Shown piece after piece: positions 33,348 to 42,507 of a stretch of DNA of 64,000 nt. The DNA lies in assembly GCA_963667015.2 (NCBI GenBank), contig CAXXJJ010000004.1, forward strand, positions 3,680,001 through 3,744,000, written 5' to 3'. The notes below the pieces were generated by a model that did not search any database, was not told where the DNA came from, and worked only from the letters and a program-made list of their open reading frames with translations. Position 1 is the first letter of the stretch, and the number at the start of each line of letters is the position of its first letter. This DNA is from Desulfatiglandales bacterium. GTDB lineage: Bacteria; Desulfobacterota; DSM-4660; Desulfatiglandales; HGW-15. The position numbers and the translations under genes were made by a program.

Positions 33348-33993
33348 AGATATAGACGAGATCCTTGAATCCATATGGTGCGGAAAGGAAATAGGTTCTG
33401 TAAAGCGAAAAGACCTTCTCAATATTGAAACGCCAAAGGTAACAGATGAAATTATCGAGCAGTTAGTTGATGATGACTATATATTTGAGGTCCGGGACGA
33501 GATAAACCTTACCCAGAAGGGTGAAGAAATCGCCAGAAAACTGATAAGGGCGCACAGGCTTGCCGAAAGACTTTTTACAGATGTCATGGTAATAGGGGAT
33601 GAACCAATGGAAGAAACAGCCTGCAGCCTCGAACACTGTCTGAGCCATGAGGCCCTTGATGCTATATGTACGCTGCTCGGACATCCCCGTGAATGTCCCC
33701 ATGGCCGCCATATACCCCAGGGTGCCTGCTGTAAAAAGGCAGAGCATAATATTCAGCCTGTTATAGTGCCCCTCAACAAACTCAAGTCGGGCCAGTCAGG
33801 CAGAATTGTATATGTCTCTACAAAGCATCATGCCCGGCTTGACAGGTTGACAGACCTGGGAATCACTCCAGGCCAGGTGGTAAAGGTTCACCAGACATTT
33901 CCGGCCTTTGTGCTTAAGGTTGGAGAAACAGATATAGCAATCGATAAGGATGTATTAGATGATGTTTATGTCCGAAAAAATAATGGGAGATAA
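33331..33993 (+). CDS. DtxR/MntR-family metal-dependent regulator with FeoA domain
   Basis: HRLAERL, ACSLEH, CPHGRHIP, RLTDLGITPG. Confidence 0.9.
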   Translation: MLLTNEDIDEILESIWCGKEIGSVKRKDLLNIETPKVTDEIIEQLVDDDYIFEVRDEINLTQKGEEIARKLIRAHRLAERLFTDVMVIGDEPMEETACSLEHCLSHEALDAICTLLGHPRECPHGRHIPQGACCKKAEHNIQPVIVPLNKLKSGQSGRIVYVSTKHHARLDRLTDLGITPGQVVKVHQTFPAFVLKVGETDIAIDKDVLDDVYVRKNNGR

Positions 33994-34063
33994 TACCGGG
34001 ATTATCGATTAAACAGGGCCCCCCGGAACTGATCATTAAATTTAAAATCAAAGAGGAGTATTT

Positions 34064-34531
34064 ATGGAGAGGATTCCCTTTACAAAGGAAGGCCTTGAGA
34101 GGATTAAGGCTGAGCTTGCTCATATTAAAAAGGTTGAGCGACCCGAGAACATTCGTGCCATCGAAGAAGCGCGGGCACATGGAGACCTCAGCGAAAATGC
34201 AGAATACCACGCCGCAAAGGAAAAGCAATCCTTTCTCGAGGGTAAGATCAATGAACTGGGAATGGTCATTGGCCAGGCTGAGGTGATAGACTTTGAAAAC
34301 GGCCCTACAGACAGAGTAGTTTTCGGCCGTACTGTTCGCCTCTACAACATGGAAACAGAAGAAGAGGTAAGCTATCAGCTCCTTGGACCATATGAATCAG
34401 CACCAGAAAAAGGCATTATCTCTGTAAAATCCCCAATTGGAATGGCACTCCTTGGCAGCGAGGTAGGGGATGAAGTAAGGTTTAATGCACCTGGAGGTGT
34501 TCAGGAATTTGAGGTTATTGAGATATCGTAA
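34064..34531 (+). CDS. greA: Transcription elongation factor GreA
   Basis: AHGDLSENAEYHAAK, ISVKSPIG. Confidence 0.97.
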   Translation: MERIPFTKEGLERIKAELAHIKKVERPENIRAIEEARAHGDLSENAEYHAAKEKQSFLEGKINELGMVIGQAEVIDFENGPTDRVVFGRTVRLYNMETEEEVSYQLLGPYESAPEKGIISVKSPIGMALLGSEVGDEVRFNAPGGVQEFEVIEIS

Positions 34532-34570
34532 TCCGCAGGTTAAAGGCTTACACTCCATCATTATTTAACC

Positions 34571-35047
34571 ATGACATACAGAATATTTTTACACGGACTT
34601 GACAGCAGCAGCCAGGGAACAAAGGGCAGATATTTTAAAGAAAAGTTTCCTGGCATGCTTGTGCCCGATTTTTCCGGCAGTCTTTCCGCCAGAATGGAAA
34701 AGCTGAATGATATTATCTCTGAAAAAACAGATATAAAACTGGTAGGATCAAGCTTCGGTGGGCTTATGGCCTCTATTTTTACACTTGAAAACAGTTCAAG
34801 GGTAGCAAGCCTTACGCTTCTGGCGCCGGCAATAAACATTAATGAATTCAATGATTACAGAGGGCTGTCCACGGAAGTGTCAACAACAGTCTACCATGGA
34901 ACAGAAGACAGTATAATTCCCATCGATCCGGTTTATGAACAGGCCCAAAAATGTTTTAAAAACCTTACCTTCCACAGGGTTGAGGATGACCACATGCTGC
35001 ATAAAACATTCAAGATAATAGACTGGTATGAATTGTTGAATGGGTAA
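34571..35047 (+). CDS. YqiA/YcfP-like alpha/beta hydrolase
   Basis: FLHG, GSSFGG nucleophile elbow, HGTED, DDH. Confidence 0.85.
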   Translation: MTYRIFLHGLDSSSQGTKGRYFKEKFPGMLVPDFSGSLSARMEKLNDIISEKTDIKLVGSSFGGLMASIFTLENSSRVASLTLLAPAININEFNDYRGLSTEVSTTVYHGTEDSIIPIDPVYEQAQKCFKNLTFHRVEDDHMLHKTFKIIDWYELLNG

Positions 35048-35049
35048 AA

Positions 35050-35157
35050 TCAGATGGATTCTGATTTCATTTCTTCTATGAACTCTGAAGGAGTTAAGAT
35101 CTTAATATCCATATAATTTTTTAAAGACAGTAAATACTGATCTCTGTTAACAACTCA
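35050..35157 (-). pseudogene. C-terminal remnant of a PIN-family toxin
   Basis: Translates VNRDQYLLSLKNYMDIKILTPSEF, a typical PIN toxin C-terminus, directly after the antitoxin. Confidence 0.6.
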
Positions 35158-35158
35158 T

Positions 35159-35428
35159 CTATTCAGACCTGACCGCAAAGATTGCTTCGGCAATCAATGA
35201 ATTAGTACTTGCAGGATCAGGGCCCTGCATTTTGTTTTTAATAATATTTGCAGCAGTACGCGCCTCCTCTCTGCTCTGGCGCATAATCTCATACTTTTCC
35301 ATGGAGACTATTACGGCCATTGCCTTGCCGGCACGCTCAATTATAAAGTCATCACCTCTATAGGCGGCTTCATTCAACACCTGACCAAAATTTTTTCTTG
35401 CATCCATTGCGGAAATTTTCTTTTGCAT
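35159..35428 (-). CDS. Phd/YefM-family antitoxin
   Basis: ISAMDARKNFGQVLNEA...IIERAGKAMAVIVS. Confidence 0.9.
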   Translation of the reverse strand: MQKKISAMDARKNFGQVLNEAAYRGDDFIIERAGKAMAVIVSMEKYEIMRQSREEARTAANIIKNKMQGPDPASTNSLIAEAIFAVRSE

Positions 35429-35468
35429 TTTATTGTTCCTCTTTTCTCTCTTAACCATATTAATTATA

Positions 35469-35494
35469 TCAATTGATATGATTTCATCAATTGA
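35469..35494. promoter_or_regulatory. Operator-like palindrome of the TA promoter
   Basis: TCAATTGAT-N8-ATCAATTGA next to a minus-strand TTGACA (35503-35508). Confidence 0.65.
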
Positions 35495-35524
35495 AAGATA
35501 TTTGTCAATCTGAACAAAATAATT

Positions 35525-35707
35525 TTACATATCCCCGGCGGAAATAGAAACCCAACTATCCGGAAATTCCGGATAGTTTAAAAGATGGAAAAAATGGGAA
35601 TAGATGAGGCATTTAACATCATGAATATTGATCTTTTGATTTACATAGAATTGCAGCGCCCACATTAACTGATAAAAAAGCTCGGTATCCTGCTTTGAAA
35701 GTTTCAT
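35525..35707 (-). pseudogene. Probable N-terminal gene fragment
   Basis: RBS and protein-like start MKLSKQDTELFYQLMW; ORF is only 60 aa. Confidence 0.4.
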
Positions 35708-35817
35708 TAATTTAGCCTCTTGTTATGTTGAATGACTTAAGGTTGATTTCAGGCTCATATTTACCAGTTCTATATTTTTGATACCAGTTATTTTTACTTT
35801 AGTATTCATGCTATTTC

Positions 35818-36711
35818 GTGCCGACTTCTGACCTCGTCTTTTATGGGAAACTCCTGAATGAGATAAAAGACAGAGTTCGACAGGCGCAAACCCGTGCTGC
35901 ACTTTCGGCCAATGCAGAAATTCGGTTAAAAAAAGTGCCGAGGCCTGTGGCACAATTACCTGATAAAAGCGCCTTGCCAAATTTGCAGCAGCTTGTTGCA
36001 AAAATTCCCTGGGGCCATAACATCCTGCTTATGGAGAAGGTCAAAGACCTTTCGGTTAGATACTGGTATATTCAGCAGACAATAGAACATGGCTGGATCA
36101 GGGATACTCTTGCAGCCATGATCAAGAGTAAGGCCCACGAAAGACAGGGCACTGCTGTAAACAATTTTGAAACACGTCTTCCATCCCCGCAATCAGAACT
36201 TGCAACACAGCTAATGAAGGACCCATATATATTTGTTTTTTTGACGATTGAGGAACCATTTCATGAAAGAGAACTGGAAACAGGTCTAAAACATCTTGAA
36301 AGATTTCTGCTGGAGCTTGGGGCTGGTTTTGCCTTTGTAGGCCGTCAGTATCACATAGAGATAAGTGAAAAGGATTTCTATATTGATCTACTTTTCTATC
36401 AGCTCAAACTCCGCTGCTTTATAGTTATTGAACTGAAAAAAGGAGATTTTAAGCCTGAGTATGCCGGAAAAATGAATTTTTATTGCTCTGCTGTTGATGA
36501 CCTGATCAGGAATGAAAACGATCAGCCCACCATAGGTCTTATTCTCTGCCAGACAAAGGATCGTATCCTGGCTGAGTATACCCTGCGTGACATCAACAAA
36601 CCAATAGGTATTTCAGAGTATGAGTTAACACGATCCTTACCGGACAATCTTAAGTCCAGCTTACCTACAGTGGAGGAGATTGAAGCTGAGTTGGAAGGGG
36701 AGTTTGAATAA
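35818..36711 (+). CDS. YhcG/DUF1016 PD-(D/E)XK nuclease-like protein, apparently with an internal N-terminal deletion
   Basis: KDPY.F, FLLELGAGFAFVGRQ, YIDLLFY, IELK, PIGISEY; the usual LYW.IG...NL..MR.F block is missing after ALSANAE. Confidence 0.85.
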   Translation: MPTSDLVFYGKLLNEIKDRVRQAQTRAALSANAEIRLKKVPRPVAQLPDKSALPNLQQLVAKIPWGHNILLMEKVKDLSVRYWYIQQTIEHGWIRDTLAAMIKSKAHERQGTAVNNFETRLPSPQSELATQLMKDPYIFVFLTIEEPFHERELETGLKHLERFLLELGAGFAFVGRQYHIEISEKDFYIDLLFYQLKLRCFIVIELKKGDFKPEYAGKMNFYCSAVDDLIRNENDQPTIGLILCQTKDRILAEYTLRDINKPIGISEYELTRSLPDNLKSSLPTVEEIEAELEGEFE

Positions 36712-36758
36712 ATACGCGACTGACCTCCGACATCAGATCTCTGGTCTCTGAAAGTTTC

Positions 36759-36795
36759 TTGCCCAACCAATAATTTTCTGCTAAAAACAAATCAT
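36759..36795 (+). repeat. Direct repeat copy 1 (copy 2 at 38786-38822)
   Basis: TTGCCC-N4-AATAA-N-TTTCTGCTAAAAACAAATCAT. Confidence 0.85.
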
Positions 36796-37032
36796 TCCTA
36801 AAACAAATTATTTTCCTTAATTTTAATATAAAATTAACAAATCCTGAACGCAGACTGGGATACTCTTAATCAGATCAGGAGAGAAGTAGCCCTCACACCC
36901 GCCCCTGTCATTGTCCGGGGCTTGTCTGCCCCCGGCGTAGTTTTCAGAGACTGGGGAAATCTTTTTCCCTTAATTCATATTTTTTAATGAGGCCATCGTA
37001 TAATCGCGACGCTGGCCTCATTAATCTAACAA

Positions 37033-37230
37033 TTAAGTGAAGCCCTTATCCTTTTCCCAATCTCTGGCAGCCTCCTCTGTTGTTCGGCGACCTACCTGTT
37101 TGATATGACCTTTAGGCCATTTTTGATGGTGTTCCATTTCTCTTCGTTCTAGATCATTGGTAATTCCACCATGGACAATTTTGTTTCCAATTTTAAAATG
37201 ATATTTATAAGTATCTCTTTGTTTTACCAT
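37033..37230 (-). CDS. 65-aa minimal GIY-YIG-like protein
   Basis: TYKY...VHGGITNDLERREMEH...AARDWE; GGAG RBS; hairpin downstream. Confidence 0.7.
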   Translation of the reverse strand: MVKQRDTYKYHFKIGNKIVHGGITNDLERREMEHHQKWPKGHIKQVGRRTTEEAARDWEKDKGFT

Positions 37231-37317
37231 AAGGTGCTCCTGTCATATTTAAATTGTTTAAATTTCTATAAGGAATGACCAAATGACCATTCCTTAAACG
37301 TTGCAGCCTAATCAGTT

Positions 37318-37446
37318 TCAGGAATCAACCCAAAGTGGAAAAGGCCGGTGATGTGCCCGAATAATCTGACCAGTTTTTGGATGTTTATAAGACCATCTAA
37401 AAATCAGGCGTTTATTCGGGTGTTTAGAATGAGGATATTTTCTCAT
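37318..37446 (-). CDS. 42-aa basic microprotein
   Basis: GGAGGT RBS; MRKYPHSKHPNKRLIFRWSYKHPKTGQIIRAHHRPFPLWVDS; below the ORF-track cutoff. Confidence 0.7.
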   Translation of the reverse strand: MRKYPHSKHPNKRLIFRWSYKHPKTGQIIRAHHRPFPLWVDS

Positions 37447-37594
37447 TTACACCTCCATAAAAAGGCCTCTTGACAGGAGCATGCAAAGGTGATTAAAATC
37501 TATTTACTAACTTTGATGGCCTCGTGCCAAGTCCCTGACCCGGCCCTAAGGTTGGGATTTCAGGGAAAATAAAAACCCTTATGATGCGCACACA

Positions 37595-38194
37595 TCAAAA
37601 GGGTTTTATTTTTAACGTTCTTAATCTCACATCAATAAACGCAGGGTTAAGGTCAAAACATTCCGCCATATCTTCCAAAGAATATCCTTTAGAATGATAC
37701 TTCATTATTAAGCTTCGTGGCATCAGGCAGGCTCTAGCAAATTCCCAGGCCTGCCACTCAGGATCTCTGTAAGCAGGGATTTCAGTCCTTTCTGCCCTAT
37801 ACAATCTTTCATCGCCTCGTGATGATAAAGATTTAAATATATTTAATATGGCTACATGCTGAAGGCAGTGGCCACTTTCGTGAGCGATTGTGGCCCTGCA
37901 CCTCCTTAACGTTGGATTATCGTCTGCATCAATAAGTGTTTTGTCCACCAAGCTTATTTTTTCCGAAGCATCAGTATAGCCGAGTATGTTATTACCCAAA
38001 CGGCTTAGATCTGTATACCCTGTTTTAATTCCCAAACTATCCGGAATGTAAAATTCAAATATTTCCTCAATGTCGACGGGGCATTTGCCCTGCAATGCTT
38101 CTTGTTGTCCAATTTGCTGAAGTAATAACACTGCTGCATACTCAATATCGTTTCTACTCAGGCCAGGTACTACAGGGACTCTCATTGGCCTCAC
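37595..38194 (-). CDS. ImmA/IrrE-family metallopeptidase
   Basis: RCRATIAHESGH (HEXXH), EWQAWEFARACLMP. Confidence 0.92.
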   Translation of the reverse strand: MRPMRVPVVPGLSRNDIEYAAVLLLQQIGQQEALQGKCPVDIEEIFEFYIPDSLGIKTGYTDLSRLGNNILGYTDASEKISLVDKTLIDADDNPTLRRCRATIAHESGHCLQHVAILNIFKSLSSRGDERLYRAERTEIPAYRDPEWQAWEFARACLMPRSLIMKYHSKGYSLEDMAECFDLNPAFIDVRLRTLKIKPF

Positions 38195-38562
38195 CCTCCT
38201 CTTTTCTTTAAAATTTCAAGGGCTTTTTCAAATGCCTCCTGAAGATCCTCTTCATTTGCATCTTCACTTTCACGATAGAGCCCCCATGCCAACTCTTGGT
38301 TTGCGTTAAAAATTCTTTCAAAAAACTTTGGAGCTTTTTTTGCTCTCTCCATTCTGGCTGCTTCAATCATATCTTCTTCATCTATGTTTAATACCAATGC
38401 TATATCACGAATTGTTTCCTCATTTTTCGGCGGAAGCCGATTTCCCATCTCCATTTCTGATAAAAAACTAGGTGAAAGGCCTACCAGCTTCCCTAGCTTT
38501 CGCAAGGTGATTTTTTTCTCTTCCCTTGCTCTAGCCAGTAATCCTCCGAATTTGCTAGGCAT
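38191..38562 (-). CDS. XRE-family HTH regulator
   Basis: REEKKITLRKLGKLVGLSPSFLSEMEMGNR; 4-nt overlap with the peptidase. Confidence 0.92.
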   Translation of the reverse strand: MPSKFGGLLARAREEKKITLRKLGKLVGLSPSFLSEMEMGNRLPPKNEETIRDIALVLNIDEEDMIEAARMERAKKAPKFFERIFNANQELAWGLYRESEDANEEDLQEAFEKALEILKKRGG

Positions 38563-38590
38563 AATTTCCTCCTTCTAGTTAAGGGTTATT

Positions 38591-38663
38591 TGTTTTATAA
38601 AACTGTGAACAAGATAATCGTTAATATATATTATGTCAAGAGTGTATTCACATAATTTGTGAA
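38591..38663 (-). promoter_or_regulatory. Promoter TTGACA-17-TATCTT flanked by TGTGAACA-containing operator-like sites
   Basis: TTCACA-TAATT-TGTGAA at 38647-38663; second TGTGAACA at 38604-38611. Confidence 0.6.
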
Positions 38664-38785
38664 CAAATATAACTTTTTTTATTTCTTAGGTCCCCCAAAA
38701 ATGTAAAAATCCAGGAAACGTTACAATGTTCTGAATTTTTAACTTTTAACCAACTTCTTCCTTCACAGTTTAAAAAGTAAATTCA

Positions 38786-38822
38786 TTGCCCTATTAATAA
38801 ATTTCTGCTAAAAACAAATCAT
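38786..38822 (+). repeat. Direct repeat copy 2
   Basis: Matches 36759-36795 (21-bp exact core). Confidence 0.85.
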
Positions 38823-39070
38823 CAAAAATTTAAGCAATCCCAATTAGTTAAACATTCTATAGACAAAATTTTTAAAAATCGGCCACAAAAAGATTGATCA
38901 TCGGCCGGACTTTAAGTTGATTTATACTTCGGATAATCTTTTTCTATTGTTGTCATTTTGAATAAAAAATGCCTAAGAAAATAAAAATGGAAAAAAGCAT
39001 GAATGAGCTTGTTCAGAATATTGGTGAAATAGCTGAAAAGATGAAAGATCCTGCCCAACAGGCAGTGAAA

Positions 39071-39210
39071 CTGAAAATCCGGGGTCTGCCCTTGACATGC
39101 TGAAAATCCGGGGTCTGCCCCTGACATGTGACAGATTCAGGGCTGTTCCGTAACAAGGATGAGTTTAACAAGATAATTGAAGTGGTAATAAAAACGAGAA
39201 AAAATAATCA
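39071..39210 (+). repeat. Linker repeat copy 1 (short) with tandem TGAAAATCCGGGGTC motifs
   Basis: Matches 39587-39730 and 44998-45125. Confidence 0.9.
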
Positions 39211-39218
39211 TTAATAAA

Positions 39219-39671
39219 ATGCAAACATCTATAACACAAATAAAAGTAGTAATTAGTTGCCCTTCTGACGTCGAAAAAGAAAAGGAAATTATACTAAGGA
39301 TATGTGATAACCTTTCTACTCACATATATAATAAAAAAAATATTCATATAAAAGCAATACACTGGCGTAAAGATGTAATGCGAAGGATTGATGACAAAGG
39401 AAGCCAGAAAATAATTGATGAATTTTTCCAACAGGAGGATTATGACATCTACATCGGGATACTGTGGTCAAGATTTGGAGATCCGCAAAAAAACGGACTG
39501 ACACCAACAGAAGGAGAATTTGAAGATGCTCTAAAAAAATACAAAGAAACAGGCAGACCATTAATAAAATTCTTTTTTAAGGATAGTGAAAATCCGGGGT
39601 CGGCCCTTGACATTGTAGTGAAAATCCGGGGTCGGCCCTTGACATTGGACAAATTCAGGACTGTTCAGTAA
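39219..39671 (+). pseudogene. DUF4062-like domain protein truncated at the linker repeat
   Basis: KVVISCPSDVEKEK, YDIYIGILWSRFG, TEGEFEDA; frame runs into the repeat at 39587. Confidence 0.7.
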
Positions 39672-39965
39672 CAAGGATGTTTTTAAAAAGATAATTGAAG
39701 TGGTAATAAAAAACGAGGAAAAATAATCAGATGCCTGCCACCCGACTTAAGATATTCATAAGCAGTATACAGAACGGGTTTACTGATATCAGGCGTGATC
39801 TTAAGGCATCGAATCTGATGCCTTTAAAAATGAGTCCGGGTCAAACAGTTTTACTTTTACACCTCAAAAATTGGTGATGTGGGAATAATATTTACCGGGA
39901 TAATATTGAGTGGATATTCCAGCTCATAAACCGGTATATGAAGGTGCGTACAATATGAAAGAAAA
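39587..39965 (+). repeat. Linker repeat copy 2 (full length)
   Basis: Near-identical to 44998-45361, ending in GAAGGTGCGTACAATATGAAAGAAAA. Confidence 0.95.
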
Positions 39966-41028
39966 GGAAAATCAAGCCTTGTTGCATTCAAAAGGACAAT
40001 TTCTGGTTTACCAGGCTGAAGATGGTAAACTCAAGCTGGATGTGCGCCTGGAAGATGAAACAGTATGGCTAACGCAGAAGTTAATAGCTGAGCTTTTTCA
40101 AGTAGGTGTAAATACAATAAATTATCATATTAAAGAAATATATAATGAGAAAGAGCTGACTCCGGAGGCAACTATTCGAAAATTTCGAATAGTTCAGAAA
40201 GAGGGAAAAAGAGATGTAGAGAGATTGCTGGATTATTACAATCTGGACATGATTATCTCAGTAGGATATCGGGTCAAAAGCCATGTTGCCACACGGTTTC
40301 GTATCTGGGCCACTGAACTTCTTAGAGAATACGTCGTAAAAGGTTTTATCCTGGATGATGAACGTTTAAAAAATCCTGATCAGCCCTTTGATTATTTTGA
40401 AGAACTCACAAGACGCATTCAGGATATCAGGACCTCGGAACGGCGGTTCTATCAGAAAATCACAGATATTTATGCCACCAGCATTGATTATGATCCTACA
40501 CTGGATATCAGCCTGGAGTTTTTCAAAACAGTTCAGAATAAAATGCACTGGGCCATAACCGGCCAGACAGCAGCAGAAATTATCCATTCCCGTGCGGATG
40601 CGGAAAAACCCAATATGGGTCTTACAAACTACAGAGGTGCAAAGGTTCGTAAACAGGATGTATCTATTGCCAAGAATTATCTGTCCGAAGATGAACTTGC
40701 GGCACTTAACAATCTTGTTGAACAATACCTGATTTTTGCCCAGGGCCAGGCAATGAGACGCATCCCAATGCATATGAAGGACTGGATTAAAAAACTTGAT
40801 GGATTTCTTACAATCAATGACCGGGATATCCTGAACCATGCAGGAGAAATCAGCCATGAAATGGCAAAACAACTGGCAGAAAATGAATATGATAAATTTC
40901 ATGGGAAAAGGCTTTTATCGGCAAAAAATGAACTGAGTGATTTTGATAAGGCGATGGATCAGATAGACACCTCTAATAAAAGATCATTAACCACGAAACA
41001 CACGAAAGGCACGAAAGAAAAACATTAA
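39955..41028 (+). CDS. RhuM-family (virulence RhuM) protein
   Basis: ETVWLTQ, YNLDMIISVGYRVKS, ATRFRIWAT, RIQDIRTSERRFYQKI. Confidence 0.92.
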   Translation: MKEKENQALLHSKGQFLVYQAEDGKLKLDVRLEDETVWLTQKLIAELFQVGVNTINYHIKEIYNEKELTPEATIRKFRIVQKEGKRDVERLLDYYNLDMIISVGYRVKSHVATRFRIWATELLREYVVKGFILDDERLKNPDQPFDYFEELTRRIQDIRTSERRFYQKITDIYATSIDYDPTLDISLEFFKTVQNKMHWAITGQTAAEIIHSRADAEKPNMGLTNYRGAKVRKQDVSIAKNYLSEDELAALNNLVEQYLIFAQGQAMRRIPMHMKDWIKKLDGFLTINDRDILNHAGEISHEMAKQLAENEYDKFHGKRLLSAKNELSDFDKAMDQIDTSNKRSLTTKHTKGTKEKH

Positions 41029-41083
41029 ATTTTTCAAGAAAAGAATAAAATCTTTTCGTGTGTTTCGTGACTTTCGTGGTTAA
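40987..41083. repeat. Inverted pair of (CACGAAA)x3 arrays
   Basis: AACCACGAAACACACGAAAGGCACGAAA ... TTTCGTGTGTTTCGTGACTTTCGTGGTT. Confidence 0.9.
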
Positions 41084-41205
41084 AAAAGGTTTTTAAATAT
41101 GAAAGAGTGAAAGCCCTAAACTTATTAACTTGTCAAGGTATCTAGTTGATATAAAACGGAAACAAGAATGGAGAACAGGGTGTGTTTTCAAATGCTATAA
41201 ATTAA

Positions 41206-41643
41206 ATGGTGGCAAATATGTTTGATGAGTTGAGACAATATTCTGAGAACGATCATTTCTTTTTTGATAAAGAAAAACCTTTAAAGGATTCATGCAATGC
41301 ACCAAAGAATCGAAGTGGTGTTTATCTGGTGAATGCTTTATCACTGGGCAGTATTGAAATCGTTTATATTGGTTCTTCCGGAAAAATTCTGAATGACGGC
41401 CTTCTTAAGCAGAGAGAGGGCGGCTTATACGATCGCATTGTGAACGGTAAGCAGTTTAATGGACCAAGGAGAAAAACATGGCCATTGAAAATGGATGAAG
41501 AACAAATAGATGCTTTGGATATTTACTGGTATGAAACTTTCAATAACTCAATTCAGCATATTCCTAAATACGTTGAAGGATTGGTTTTACAAAAATATTT
41601 CGAGCTTTATAATCAATTACCCATGTGGAATAAGGAGTATTAA
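41206..41643 (+). CDS. Hypothetical protein with GIY-YIG-like motif
   Basis: SGVYLV...IVYIGSSG...LYDRI...VE...LPMWN. Confidence 0.65.
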   Translation: MVANMFDELRQYSENDHFFFDKEKPLKDSCNAPKNRSGVYLVNALSLGSIEIVYIGSSGKILNDGLLKQREGGLYDRIVNGKQFNGPRRKTWPLKMDEEQIDALDIYWYETFNNSIQHIPKYVEGLVLQKYFELYNQLPMWNKEY

Positions 41644-41649
41644 CGCATT

Positions 41650-42507
41650 TTAAGAGTTAATCGCGGTATTTAGACGACGTGATAAACTAATTAAGTCATC
41701 ATGCTTATCTGAATCAATTACAGATTCAGCTTCCCATTTTTCTTTTATGAAATCATGTGTTTCTAAAAGATCCACAGATGGCCTTTCAATTCCATTAAAA
41801 ATGATTCCTATCCTTTCAGACTTTTTACCTGTGTGTGAATAAATATCATCTTTATGTTTACCATATTGCCAAAAAACTTTGTTGAGTTTCACAAACCTAT
41901 TCATGATCGCATCAATAGAGCTATGTAAACTGATGGTATCAATAAATAAAAGTTTATCTTGAGCATCATAACATCTCGAAATCTTATGTACCTGTTTTGG
42001 CAAACTATCATATAATTTTTGGCTGACAAATTCTTTTAAGTCGACATTTTTAAGCAGGCTGCGTTTGCTGAGATTATATTTACCCAACAGCAATAGATCT
42101 AACTTGCCTGTAAGATTATCACGCTTCTTTTTTGTTGTTTTACCTTCCTCAGGTTTGGACAAATAATGTTTTTTCAGCATTTTTAATAAAGCAGAATCCG
42201 GGGTTTCCAGTAATTCGTGAGGTTGAGAAATAATAAATTGAGGTTCTCTTTGCTTTATTTTTTCCAGTAATTCCTGTCCGCTTATGTTTTTCTTTAACAG
42301 GGAATCAAATGTGAAACGTAAAAATGATCCATCTTCGTTTGTCCCTATAGACTGTAGCCTCGGGAAATTTTCATCATATGTGATATAGCTTCGTTTCTCG
42401 CTTGACACAAGCAAGCCAACATTTGCACTCTCGTTATTCTCAGGAGAAGGAGAATAAGAGATTATGTAATATGCCCATTCAGATGGATTTGTGGATTTCA
42501 TTTCCAA
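41650..42507 (-). CDS. DUF3037-like protein
   Basis: YYIISYSPSPENNESANVGLLV N-terminus; coupled to a HipA-like kinase. Confidence 0.7.
   Translation of the reverse strand: MEMKSTNPSEWAYYIISYSPSPENNESANVGLLVSSEKRSYITYDENFPRLQSIGTNEDGSFLRFTFDSLLKKNISGQELLEKIKQREPQFIISQPHELLETPDSALLKMLKKHYLSKPEEGKTTKKKRDNLTGKLDLLLLGKYNLSKRSLLKNVDLKEFVSQKLYDSLPKQVHKISRCYDAQDKLLFIDTISLHSSIDAIMNRFVKLNKVFWQYGKHKDDIYSHTGKKSERIGIIFNGIERPSVDLLETHDFIKEKWEAESVIDSDKHDDLISLSRRLNTAINS

Noticed and set aside
39071..39130. Tandem ~30-bp repeats as a CRISPR array
   Set aside because: Only two adjacent copies per site, no spacers and no cas genes
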